Source: Octopus vulgaris
Lineage: Eukaryota
Reading direction: 5' to 3'
Assembly (NCBI GenBank): GCA_951406725.2
Contig: OX597816.1
Span: 15,438,001 to 15,502,000 of the forward strand
DNA length: 64,000 nt
Shown: positions 50,942 through 64,000 of the stretch, in pieces
Layout: each line of letters starts with the position of its first letter
How positions within the stretch are numbered: position 1 is the stretch's first letter
Translations under genes and position numbers: made by a program
The notes under the pieces: generated by a model
Told to the model about the DNA's origin: nothing
Databases searched by the model: none
The model's input: the letters and a program-made list of their open reading frames with translations, nothing else

Positions 50942-51106
50942 CTGTTGTGTCTGGGAAGAGTCATTTTCTTTTTGTGCCTTATCATTTAACATACTCACCA
51001 GTAAAATTATAAGGCACAAAAAGAAAATGACTCTCCCGAGACACAACAGAATATGCTTCAACACACGAACTCAAATAAAGAATCTTGCAAACCAAATCCA
51101 AAAGCG

Positions 51107-51143
<37 letters not shown>

Positions 51144-51174
51144 TAAAGGGATCAAAGATCCTTCCCAACCCATA

Positions 51175-51620
51175 GGGACTTAATGTAGCTCCAGAAAAAA
51201 AAGTCCTTAGGAGTTAAATCTGGTGACTGTGGTGCCCATTCAATTGGCTCATGATGCCTGGAAAATGTTCATTCGGAAAATCATGAACCTGTAATGCATA
51301 ATGGAGTTGAGCCCCATCCTGCTGAAACCAGACAGGATTTCCCCTTCCAAGTGAATGCACGTGAGGCATCATCTTGTTGGCAAGAATGTCTAGATACGAA
51401 TCACCTGTCACAGAGCACTCAAAATGAAATGGTCCAATTACTTGATTATGCCAAATCCCACACCACACCATTACCTTGCCCCCGCCTTGTTGATTATCTG
51501 TCTCCATCCGATGAGGATTGGTTTGTGAGTAATATCGGCAGCTGTGAAAAGAGATAAAAAAAAGAGAATTTTAGCAATTTCACTTATTGCAGAATGGTGC
51601 GTGACTTTATGGAACCCTGT
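51175..51620 (-). mobile_element. Internally deleted Tc1/mariner-superfamily transposon (probably DD41D/rosa-type)
   Basis: KVMVWCGI...IGPFHF...WFQQDGA, then frameshifted PQSPDLTPKDF; terminus TA-CAGGGTTCC on the minus strand at ~51620. Confidence 0.8.
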
Positions 51621-52526
51621 ATATAAACTTTTGATTTGAATTTCAGGGATGAGGAATTCTCATTATTTAAACACTGGTATATATGGATTGAACCAGTGCC
51701 CTCACCCTGGTTGCTATAGTTACAATGTTTTAGGGTTACTGTATCCTCCAGCGTCCCTCAGGAATCTCTTCTATCTGGACCAAGCCTAAATAATAAACAA
51801 AAACAAATAAAACCCCCACAAGCATTTTGTTAAATAATGTAATCCATATAATTTACATTTAAGCACCATTCCCTTCAAAATAGTCGTCTTCAGAACATAT
51901 TCGTGTTTCTTAATGTGTCTTCTATACTTCAAAAACATTGCTGTAGTTCTCTGCCTCGAGTCTGTCTAATGCCACCTGCGATTCTATTTAAACTTATTAT
52001 CCATTATCTCAAAGCAATGTGCTTCTTGAACTTTAGTTTCATTCTAAGTAATCTGGTGAAGTGAAGATGCCACTGCTACTTTTGATCAAGTGTGAAGATA
52101 CAAGGAATTGAATTCATAGCAGTGCACTACATGTTTATGTTTTCTATAAGAATCTCAAAGCAGATTGTCTGCACACACATACATGCATGTGAACATACAC
52201 ACACAGAGGCATGGCTGTTGGGTAAGAAGTTTGTCTACCAACCATATGGTTTCAGGTTCAGTCCTACTGTGTGGCACTTTGGATGAGTGTCTTGTGAGTG
52301 GATTTGGTAGGCAGAAACTAACTGACAGCAGTGTATCTTATATTTATTTTATTTTATTTTATCTAGTTTCAGCTCACGAGCTGTGGCCATGCAGGGGCAT
52401 TTATTTAAAAAAATTTTTTTACTTGTTTCAGTTATTAGACTCTGGTTATGTCTTGAAGAAGTTCTAGTCAAAAGAATTGACCCCCAGAACATTTTTTTTC
52501 TTTAAAGCCTGGTACCTACTCTATTC

Positions 52527-52840
52527 TGGTGGCACAATGGCCCAGTGGTTAGAGCAGCGTACTCACGGTCGGAGGATCACGGTTTCGATTCCCAGACTGG
52601 GCATTGTATGTGTTTATTGAGCGAAAACACCTAAAAGGTCCACGAGGCACCGGCAGTGGGTGGTGGCGACCACTGTTGTACTCTTTCGCCCCAACTTTCT
52701 CTCACTCTTTCTTCCTGTTTCTTGAATAACACTGCAATAGACTGGCATCCCGTCCAGCTGGGGAGGAACACATATGCTATAGAAACCGGGAAACTGGGCC
52801 CATGAGCCTGGTTAGGTTTGAAAAGGGCGCATAAATAAAT
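52527..52840 (+). mobile_element. SINE family C variant, full length
   Basis: Head matches 27597-27800; tail matches 3295-3390. Confidence 0.8.
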
Positions 52841-53261
52841 AAAAACTTACTCTATTAACCTCTTTTCCTGAACTGCTAAGTTACAAAGACATAAACACAC
52901 CAACACCAGTTAAGTGGTGGTGGGACACAAACACACACATACACACACATGTCAGGCTTCTTTCAGTTTCCATTTACCAAATCTACTCTTAATGCTTTGG
53001 TCAGCCTGAGGTTATACTAGGAGACACTTAGCCAAGTTGCCACACAATGGAGCTGAAGTACTAGACTTACAAAGAACGGGAAAAAAAGTACTGGGGTAGA
53101 TTCACTTGGCTAAGATTCTTTGAGGTGGTGCTCCAGCATGGTTGAAGTCTAAGGACTGAAACAAGCAAAAGAAAAGATTAAAAAAAGATATGTACATGTA
53201 TGTATACTTGCATGTGCGTGTATGTGAATGTGTATAGGTATGTATAATTTTGTGTCTAAGC

Positions 53262-53284
53262 ACATATATATATATATACGTTTA

Positions 53285-53334
<50 letters not shown>

Positions 53335-53462
53335 TGTGTATGTATATATATATATATATGTGTGTTTGTGTATGTATATATATATATGTGTGTTTGTGTA
53401 TGTATATATATATATATGTGTGTTTGTGTTTGTATATATATATGTGTGTGTGCTTGTGTGTG

Positions 53463-53531
<69 letters not shown>

Positions 53532-53792
53532 ATATATATATGTGTGTGTGTGTTTGTGTGTGTATATATATATATATGTGTGTGTGTTTGTGTGTGTGTA
53601 TATATATATATGTTTGTGTGTGTATATATATATATATGTTTGTGTGTGTGTATGTGTGTATATATATATATATATATATGATTTTGTGTGTATATATATA
53701 TATGTTTGTGTGTGTGTATATATATATGTTTGTATGTGTGTGTATATATATATATGTTTGTGTGTGTATATATATATATGTTTGTGTGTGTT

Positions 53793-53840
<48 letters not shown>

Positions 53841-53850
53841 CATATGTGTA
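53262..53850. repeat. Compound (TA)n-(TG)n microsatellite with higher-order alternation
   Basis: Alternating TA and TG(TTTG) blocks roughly every 20-35 bp. Confidence 0.95.
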
Positions 53851-54277
53851 TACATGAGTGTGGATTTATCTTGCGAATTTTGCACCTGCTGAGCAATTTG
53901 TTACTTTGCGACTTGATTGCACATTATTGTGGAGGCTGAAAGCAAGTCTGTTCAGCAATTCATCATTTAATGTCATTGTAAATAATATTAGGATTTTGTG
54001 TGTCACTGTACAATAGAACAGTCATCACATATAGAGTTTCACTTCAGCTTTTTTCATGGCAACTATCTTCAAGTAATAATGCTTCTGATATTCTAGAAAA
54101 AAAAATTTTTTCTTACAAAACAGAACTGTATCAGAAAAATCAACAGTATCAACATGTGTGTGTATGTGTGTATAAAATATATGTATGCATATCTATATAT
54201 ACATGTTTGTGTGTATGTGTATATTTGTGTGTATATCTATATATGTATATATATAGATATGATGATATATATATGCA

Positions 54278-54357
<80 letters not shown>

Positions 54358-54358
<1 letters not shown>

Positions 54359-54509
54359 GTGGATGTGTGGTAAGTAGCTTGCTTACCAACCACATGGTTC
54401 TGAGTTCAGTCCCACTGCATGGCAATTTGGGCAAGTATCTTCTACTTTAGCCTTGGGCTGACCAAAGCCTTGTGAGTGGATTTGGTAGATGGAAACTGAA
54501 AGAAGCCCG

Positions 54510-54563
<54 letters not shown>

Positions 54564-54745
54564 GTGTGTATGTGAGACAACTGATGCCGGTACGTTTACA
54601 TCCCCCCTAACTTGGCAGTTCAGCGAAGGAAACTGATAGAATAAGTACTAGGCTTACAACGAATTTGTCCTGGGATTGATTTACTCGACTAAAGGCAGTG
54701 CTCCAGCATGGCTGCAGTAAAAATTACTGAAACAAGTAAAAGAAT
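54358..54745 (+). mobile_element. SINE family A
   Basis: Match with many CpG>TpG/CpA changes. Confidence 0.85.
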
Positions 54746-55212
54746 AAAATAATATATCTGTACTTTGACAATATATTTATGTATATGTGAATATGTATGA
54801 GCATGTGTATATATACATGTATGCATGTATATACATGTATATACATGTGTTTATATACATGTATGCGTGTATGTAAGTCTTTAGATAGATTGATAGATGG
54901 CTCGTTTTAATGAGGAATGTTTAAAACCAGTAGGCTGTTGAGTGCATGCACACACACACACACACAAGCATAATGTCTGAGGCAAAGTAGATTATTCCTC
55001 TTGTTTGGTTGGGTGAGCTAAGCTGAAAATTGGTGCAAATACTTAATACTTGCGCAGATCAGATAAAACTCCATCTGGCTTCTAAACATTTCTTTACCTC
55101 TACATTTATTAAACTACCCAACCCAGTGGACAACAAACAATGAAATGTACTCTAGTGGTACCCCAGCATGGCCACAGTTTCGGGGCTGAAATGCATAAAA
55201 GTATATAAGTAT

Positions 55213-55375
55213 AGCCGCAGGAGTGGCTGTGTGGTAAGTAGCTTGTTTACCAACTACATGGTTCCAGGTTCAGTCCCACTGCGTGGCACTTTGGGCAAGT
55301 GTATTCTACTATAGCCTCGGGCCGACCAAAGCCTTGTGAGTGGATTTGGTAGATCAAAACTGAAAGAAGCCTGTC

Positions 55376-55432
<57 letters not shown>

Positions 55433-55630
55433 CGTGTGTATATGTTTGTGTCTGTGTTTGTCCCCCACCTCCCAACATCGCTTGCCATCCGATGGTGGTG
55501 TGTTTACGTCCCTTTAACTTAGCGGTTCAGCAAAACAACTGATAGAATAAGTACTAGGCATACAAAGAATATTTGCTGGGGTCGATTTGCTTGACTAAAA
55601 GGTGGTGCTCCAGCATGGCCACATTCAAAT
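55213..55630 (+). mobile_element. SINE family A
   Basis: Full-length match. Confidence 0.85.
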
Positions 55631-56375
55631 GACCGAAACATGTAAAAGAGTATATATAAGTACAAGAACTATAATGATTGTTAGTTTCTCACACAATAAC
55701 ATTTGGAATCTCATTATAGAAAACTGTTGTCAATTATTCTTTTTCCTTTGATGATGGCCATATCCATCTAATGATTTTTAAACATCAATTGATGATGTCT
55801 GCCAATTAAGGGTTAACTACACAGACATGACTGCACCCATGTATGAAATCGTGTTGGACCTTAGGATTTTGGCATTCAAGCTTCTGTTCATTAATAACAC
55901 TGTTTCTTCGCATCTTTAAATCCTGAGAAAGGTTTTATTATACATGTGTTTAAAAATATAAATACCCTACATAGTTTGAATATTTTATCTCTAAGAAAAA
56001 TTGTAACCCTTGTAAATACCCTGTGTCCCTTCTTTATGAGATTAAAACACAGACAAAGGGGTGTCAGTGCCTAGGATAGGAACCACTGCTCTGGTATTTA
56101 AAAAAAAATCAATATTTCTCTAGACACACTGCCTGCTATTGAGGATGATGGGTTAGGATGATAATTGTTTGAAAAGTTTGAAACAAGACCTGAAATTTTA
56201 GGGTGGGGGCTGGTCCATTGCACTGACCCCTATACTTGACTGTTACTTAATCTTATTAACTATGAAAGGATGAAAGGCAGAGTCAACCTTGGGTGAATTT
56301 GAATTCAGAGCTTAAAGCTAGAAGATATGCTACTAAGAATTTTGTCCTAAATGCCAATGACTATCAATTCACTGC

Positions 56376-56416
<41 letters not shown>

Positions 56417-56867
56417 TAACAACAACCACCACCACGTCAATAGAAAACAGAGTGATCATTATGAGACAGCCTTTGATCTTAGTTCAGGGTTGATCTGCTG
56501 CCAAATGAAAATATTAGAGTCCTCAATTGAACTTAATATCATATCATCATTAATATTTTACATTCACTTTCTATGCACACATGGGTCATATGTTTTCAGA
56601 GTGTCCAATGGGTCATATATGAGTGAATTTGCTAAATAGAAACTGAAAGAAGCCCATCATGTATACATATATGTGTGTGTGTGTTAGCCTCCCCATCATT
56701 GCTTGATGACTGATGTTGGTGTGTTTAGGTCCCCATAACTTAGCAGTTCGGCAAAAGAGACCAATGGAATAAGTACTAGGTTTACAAAGACTAAGTTCTT
56801 GGCTTGATTTGTTTGACTAAAGGTCGTGCTCCAGCACGGCCACAGTCAAATGACTGAAACAAATAAA

Positions 56868-56898
<31 letters not shown>

Positions 56899-57323
56899 GT
56901 GATTCCTGGTTAGATCCTTCTTTTGTGTCCTGGTTGGATATTTTTTTTTGTCACCTTCAATGAGAAATTCCATTATATATATATATGTGTACACACCTAT
57001 ATTTTACAAAATATCCTTCCTCCTACTAACATGGAATGAAAACTTATAATAGCATGAAATAGTAACAATATCACTTAGTCATGATTAGCATAAGCGAAAC
57101 CAGTCAAGATATATATTTGAACAACACAAAATTTTTGTGCATTTTCCTTCTTTTTATATTTTTCAATAGTTTATCATGTGGAATTTTTTTTATGAAACCT
57201 CTTCACTACATATATAAAACTTAGGTTAATTAAAATATGTTTGCGACATATTTTAACTTTTAAAGGCAAATTCACTGCAGTTACTGTAGAGAAATATAAA
57301 ACACATACAAATATACTCTCTCT

Positions 57324-57529
57324 CTTTTACTTGTTTCAGTCATTTGACTGCGACCATGCTGGAGCACCACCTTTTAGTCGAGCAAATCGTCCCCAGGACA
57401 TATCGTTTCGAAGCCTGGTACTTATTCTATCGATCTCTTTTGCCGAACCGCTAAGTTACGGGGACGTTAACACACCACCATCTGTTGTCAAGCGATGTTG
57501 GGGGAACAAACACAGACACACAAACATAT

Positions 57530-57584
<55 letters not shown>

Positions 57585-57742
57585 TATGACAGGCTTCTTT
57601 CAGTTTCCGTCTACCAAATCTACTCACAAGGCTTTGGTCGGCCCGAGGCTATAGTAGAAGACACTTGCCCAAGGTGCCACGCAGTGGGAATGAACTCGGA
57701 ACCATGTGGTTGGTAAGCAAGCTACTTACCACACAGACACTC
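57324..57742 (-). mobile_element. SINE family A
   Basis: Full-length match. Confidence 0.85.
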
Positions 57743-57866
57743 CTGATAATCATATACTATCAACAGCATCATATAGAAAAATTGCATAAACATTTGCTTG
57801 TTTTGTCTACTAAGCTAAAAAGATATAGAGTTAAATTTCTGGCAGTGGGTTCATTATTATTATTAC

Positions 57867-57906
<40 letters not shown>

Positions 57907-58043
57907 AACAATATTCTTGTAGTGTGTATCATACCCTGCAATGTTTTCCTTTTCTCTTCTACCAAGCATTACTAAATGTGCTTATGTGCACATGTGACTA
58001 AGTGCATTGTGCAATATAAGTTTAGACACAGAAAATATGCATA

Positions 58044-58242
58044 CATATATGTTTATGCTTTGTTTATTGCATACATGCTTCCATGCCTCTATAAATAAAT
58101 TTCCATGTTATGCATACATACACACATATATATGGGCATATGCATATATGTTTATCTTTGTTTATTTGCATACATGCTTCCATGCCTCTATAAATAAATT
58201 TCCATGTTATGCATACATACACACATATATATGGGCATATGC

Positions 58243-58245
<3 letters not shown>
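58044..58245. repeat. Local tandem duplication, 99 bp period
   Basis: CATACATGCTTCCATGCC starts at 58070 and 58169. Confidence 0.85.
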
Positions 58246-58283
<38 letters not shown>

Positions 58284-58325
58284 CATGGATATATGTGCAT
58301 GCATGTGTGTGGGTGTATGTGTATG

Positions 58326-58356
<31 letters not shown>

Positions 58357-58403
58357 GTGTATATATATATGCACGAATATATGTGGATGCATGTGTGTGG
58401 GTG

Positions 58404-58445
<42 letters not shown>

Positions 58446-58798
58446 CACATACACACACATACATACACATGCACAATGCAAATGCCTTAAGAGCTGTTGC
58501 TTGTTTCAGATTTTGTGGCGATAAGATAGGAGATATGTATTTGATCGCCAGATAAAATATTGGTGCTTGCAAGGCAATCTTCCATATGGTCTGTACCTAT
58601 TACGAGCAACTAAAAGAGCTGGAGAAATACAAACATAGTAGAAAACCAAACAACACAAAACAAAGCAAAAACAGAACAAGGAACTGTTGTTTGCCGAATC
58701 CCATTGAAACATATGCATCAGATTGATTTAAATTATAAATCTCAGTTCAGGTAGTGCAGTACCTTATTCATGAGGCCAGTGCACCTTTAATGCATGTG

Positions 58799-58833
<35 letters not shown>

Positions 58834-58856
58834 ATATATATACATATATGTGTGTG

Positions 58857-58907
<51 letters not shown>

Positions 58908-59310
58908 TGATTGATTGATTCTAGTTTCAGCTCACGAGCTGTGGCCATGCTGGGGCACCGCCATTTGTATATATGTGTGTGTATATGTATATATATATAT
59001 ACACACACACACATTTGCACAAACATGCGTTTGTATACTCTGGTGTATGTATGTGTGCGTATGAAAGTTTGATTGGTTGCGTATGTCTATGTATGTATGT
59101 ATGTATGTATGCTTTGTCTGTGTGTGTATCGATGTATGCTTGTGTCTCCTGTCTGAAGAACCAATTGCATATTGTGGAAATTCCAGTTCAACAGGCTACT
59201 GGATCAATCAGAATAAATTCCGACACTCTTCTACGGTTTTCAGTACAATTTTTCTTCATTTATTATAACCATATTTGTGTGTGCATGTGCATGTATGCAT
59301 GCATATATAT

Positions 59311-59343
<33 letters not shown>

Positions 59344-59450
59344 CGTACATACATATATATGTATATACACACACACACACACACACATATATATGGGTTG
59401 GACGATTTTGATGAGGGCTGGCGAGCCTGATGGCTGCACTAGGCTCCAAT

Positions 59451-59500
<50 letters not shown>

Positions 59501-59857
59501 GCATATTTATTTACATATATACATATGCATATTTATTTACATATATACATATGCATATATATTCACATATATACATATATATTTACATATATACACATAT
59601 GAATATATATTTACATATATACATATATATGCATATATATTTATATATTTACATATATACATATATATACACACACACACACACACATATATATATACAC
59701 ACACACACATACACACACACACATACACTTGTACATACGCTTGTGTGAAAGCTCTATTACTAAAATAGCACATATGTGATAAAGAATAGTTTAAGAAAAT
59801 ATGTACATATATCCCTATATATGTGTGTGTATGTGTGTATGCATGCAATTTATATAT

Positions 59858-59908
<51 letters not shown>

Positions 59909-59994
59909 TATATGTGTATATATATATATATATACACACACATATATATATATATACACACATATATATATGTGTATATATATATATATTTCAT

Positions 59995-60038
<44 letters not shown>

Positions 60039-61003
60039 TAGATAGATGGACAGACAGACAGACATGTAGACGCATTTATTGCTTTTGTCCACATAAATAT
60101 CTACTAGAAGTTGTGTTTATGTATATATTCATGTTTATTCATACACATGTGCATACTTATGTACAAATGCTTACTTAAATACATACTTACATGTATGCAT
60201 TTCATAAATATATATATATATATACATATATAAAATCATGCATACAAATACACACATACTCTTATGTTTCATAAGTAGCTTTACTTCTTTAAAATAACCA
60301 ACTTTATATTTACACTTCTTTCCGGGGTTTTTCACTTTCTTTCTTTCTTTCCTTCTTTCTTTCTTTCACCAATACTCTGGGGAATCAATGTAACTCTTTA
60401 TCTATCTATATATTTTTCTTGTAAATAATATCTAATATCTTCACTTTGAATAAATTGCAATATATAAAGTCGTCAATCTACTTACCGATATCATATGGTA
60501 TTGCTATTGTGTGTACATTAGTTCATACACAAACACCTCAGTCGGATTTTATTTTCATGTAAGAGGACTCAGTAAACGTACTTGCTCTCTTTTCTTTTCT
60601 TTTTCCTTTTTTTTTTCTCCTTTTTCCTTTTTTTTTTTTTTTTTTTTTTTCTTTCATTCATAGCAAAGATAGATTTAAGTGCAGTGGCACAGTTTTTCAT
60701 TGCTAGTTGCCAGAAAGTTGTTGATAAACTTGGCACAGGTATTGCAAGTGTGATTAATAAGTTCGATTTGCTTCCGAGTGGTTCCAGGTTCGATTTAACT
60801 CTAAGAAACCACCCACTGTAGTGTAGTGTCAGGTTGATTTGAATAACTTGCAAATGAATTAGAGACAGTGCTGAAACCTACCATATATATATATATATAT
60901 ATATACGTATATTTTTTTGACACAGGTTGTCAATGTGGGAAAAACTTAAAGACACACACGCAATAATGACCTGCAGGCAAGTGGGCTGGCTTTCACACAG
61001 TTT

Positions 61004-61234
61004 CTATTTCTTTATTGTCCACAAGGGGCTAAACATAGAGGGGACAAACAAGGACAGACAAAGAGATTAAGTCGATTACATCGACCCCAGTGCGTAACTG
61101 GTACTTAATTTATTGACCCTGTAAGGATGAAAGGCAAAGTCGACCTCAGCGGAATTTAAACCCACAACGTAAAGACAGACGAAATACTGCTAAGCATTTT
61201 GCCTGGCATGCTAACATTTCTATAAGCTCGCCAC
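61004..61234 (-). mobile_element. SINE family B monomer with TSD
   Basis: CTTTCACACAGTTTCT duplicated on both sides; inserted into an older family A copy. Confidence 0.85.
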
Positions 61235-61564
61235 CCTTTCACACAGTTTCTGTCAATCAAATTCACTTACCATGCTTTGTTCCGACTAGGGCTATAGTAG
61301 AAGACACTTGCCCAAGGTGCCATGCAGTGGAATTGAACCTGAAACAATGTGGTTATGAGTGAACTTTTTAGTCATGCAGCTCTTCCTGTACCTAATAGAT
61401 TCATGCAATTTAATTTATTTTGTCTTTTGTGTTGTAGAGGTCCAGTAGCATTTTCTATGAAATGAGGTATAACAAAACAAAAGAAAAAGAAAAAAGACTT
61501 AAAATAAATTTTAAAAAGTGGATAAAGTTTTAGTGTAAATAAACATAACTGTTTATAAACATAT

Positions 61565-61941
61565 AGGTGTAGGAGTGGCTGTATGGTAAGTAGCTTGCTT
61601 ACCAACCACATAGTTCTGGGTTCAGTCCCACTGCATGGCACCTTGAGCAAGTGTCTTCCGCTATAGCCTCGGGCCGACCAAAGCCTTGTGAGTGGATTTG
61701 GTAGACGGAAACTGAAAGAATCCTGTCGTATATATATATGTGTGTATGTATATGTTTGTCCCCCAACATCACTTGACAACTGATGCTGGTGTGTTTACAT
61801 CCACGTAACTTAGCGGTTCGGCAAAAGAGGCCAATAGAACAAGTGCTAGGCTTACAAAGAATAAGCCCTGGAGTTGATTTGCAAGACTAAAGGTGGTGCT
61901 CCAGCATGGCCACAGTCAAATGACTGAAACAAGTAAAAGAG
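61565..61941 (+). mobile_element. SINE family A
   Basis: Full-length match. Confidence 0.85.
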
Positions 61942-62667
61942 TAAATAACTGAACAAACACAGTTTTCTCTATTCCTAGTGGCCTTCTCTGTACTTTTTCA
62001 ATGTTTCATTAAACTATTTAATCTTTTAGCATTCATTTTATTCTGCCAAATGTGATGCCTATTTATTCACATTGTTTTGAATCAATCAATCTCATAACTT
62101 CGAAATTTCACTGAACTGATTATTTATTTTTAAGATGATACTGTAAGGTGGGTGTGAAAGGCTGGATCAGGCCAGTTTTAACATAAAACAAGAAGACCCT
62201 TGTGTTAATCCTTTACCATATAAGTTGCCATGTTTCTGTTGAAATCGGCTGCCTTTGCTTCAGTTAGTTTTGAAAATAACGAAGAATTTGATAAAATAAC
62301 TTAGTCATTGTAAAAAAGGTTTTGGGAACATAAATTAACAATGCAAAGTTTTTATTTAGATAATTTTAACCAGGAAGTTTGTATTATAGATACAGATGCA
62401 ATCTCTGATGAGTTGATGTCAATAGGGTTAATGGTGACATTTAATCTTTTTGTTACCATGTTTCTAAATTTGTTTCAATTAACTATGAAAATAAGCAAGT
62501 ATTTGGTAAAATATATTTGTCATCATTAAACTAGTGTTTGGAACTTTACTGTTAATAATGATACATGAATGATTACTCAGAAATGAGAATATGAAAAGTG
62601 TGTTACTCACCCCACACTGAGTAACACCACTCGCCACCTCTGAGCCCGAGTCCTCTTTAATCTGTAA

Positions 62668-62882
62668 CCCTTTCATTACCAACCCAGCTGAAACCGGCTC
62701 TGAGTGCAAATGTCTTGTTTTCATAAGTTTTGAATTAAAATCTTCCACCAAACCTTAGTCACAGTTTATGCGCCTAACACTAGCTGAATGATAACTAAGT
62801 TATTTTACTAAATTCCTGGTTATATTTAAAACTAACTGAAAGAAACACAGAGCATCTCAAAATAAATAGAGTAATGAAAGGG
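62668..62882. mobile_element. piggyBac-type MITE within a cluster of related older copies
   Basis: TIR CCCTTTCATTAC / GTAATGAAAGGG, flanks GTAA and TTAA; related TTAA-bounded fragments at ~62207-62430, 62442-62545 and 62887-63016. Confidence 0.75.
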
Positions 62883-63387
62883 TTAAGTTAGTGCTTGGAA
62901 CATAAACTAACGTGAAATTTTGGTGTAAGGTCTTTAATTTAATTTAGATCATTTTAAAACAAGATTGTATCACAGATCCAGGAGCAGTTTCAGATGGTTT
63001 AGTATCAAGGGGGTTAAGTTAGCCAAGCCCTAAATTATTGCTGACTAAAACCTATTTAACATTACATGAGGTTAACAAGAGCCTTGGGTCAAAAAACTAT
63101 CAAATATTAAAACCTTCAACTACAATCTATATTTCTCTAAGAAAATTAGAGTGTTTTAGTTTATTAGGAAAAATGATAAAAGAATTTCTTGGAAATAGTT
63201 GTTATATATATTTTCATTTTCTGTACCTTATTTGATTTTGTCTACTGTTACATTATTAAACTAGTTTATAAAACAGCCTGGAGTTATATTGTTTACCTTC
63301 AGAAATTTCAATGTTATTCTTGTTATAAGATATACATTGAGGTTTTTCTTTTTTTAATATTAACACTTTACTATACTCTCTCTTTAC

Positions 63388-63838
63388 TCTTTTACTTGTT
63401 TCAGTCATTTGACTGCGGCCATGCTGAAGCACCGCCTTTAGTCAAGCAAATCGACCCCGGGACTTATTCTTTGTAAGCCCAGTACTTAATCTATCGGTCT
63501 CTTTTGCCGAACCGCTAAGTGACGGGGACGTAAACACACCAGCATCGGTTGTCAAGCAATACTAGGGGGACAAACACAGACACACAAACATATACACACA
63601 CACATATATATATACATATATACGACCCATGCTAGCATGGAAAACGGACACTAAACGATGATGATGATGATGATGATAGGCTTCTTTCAGTTTCCGTCTA
63701 CCAAATCCACTCACTAGGCATTGGTCGGCCCGGGGCTATAGCAGAAGACACTTGCCCAAGATGCCACGCAGTGGGACTGAACCCGGAACCATGTGGTTGG
63801 TTAGCAAGCTACTTACCACACAGCCACTCCTGTGCCTA
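63388..63838 (-). mobile_element. SINE family A with a nested (GAT)n-tailed fragment at ~63625-63677
   Basis: Full-length match interrupted by ACCCATGCTAGCATGGAAAACGGAC...(GAT)n. Confidence 0.85.
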
Positions 63839-64000
63839 TAGTTGGTTTTGATGAGTAAGTTGGTAACATTAAAGCTAGGTTGGTGTTGTGTAGGTTGGCA
63901 ATGAAAGGATTAAGTGTCTGTATTCCTTGTGACAAAGGTATTTGGTTACTTATTTGTCTCTTCAATATGACACACCAACTTTGTTTTCTATATAAACTGG

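Noticed and set aside
58500-58640. Possible exon 2 after TTGTTTCAG
   Set aside because: All three plus-strand frames stop within about 15 codons and there is no TNF-like similarity.

Overview
AT-rich, repeat-dominated eukaryotic (metazoan) genomic DNA. The SINE families and the (TACA)n/(TA)n/(AAT)n microsatellite load look like an octopus (coleoid cephalopod) genome; this is inferred from recalled repeat families, not from a search. Only one convincing host coding exon is visible: 42913-43329 (+), encoding a type II membrane protein N-terminus (short cytoplasmic tail, single TM helix, LCVPC...CC stalk) ending at a GTAAGT donor. It resembles exon 1 of molluscan TNF-superfamily ligands and has a TATA/kappaB/CRE-like upstream region. 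The rest is tRNA-derived SINEs (3-4 families), LINE remnants (R4/Dong-like, RTE, CR1), mariner/Tc1, hAT, piggyBac-like and Helitron non-autonomous elements, and microsatellites. Almost all other ORFs in the supplied track are microsatellite or SINE artefacts. Most notable: (i) Penelope-like insertions in (TA)n tracts carrying minimal hammerhead-ribozyme motifs and long fold-back arms, (ii) a SINE occurring as single-head/multi-body concatemers with one fixed junction, plus a circularly permuted copy, (iii) a near-perfect ~105 bp hairpin just inside intron 1 of the TNF-like gene, and (iv) a ~600 bp palindromic mariner derivative.
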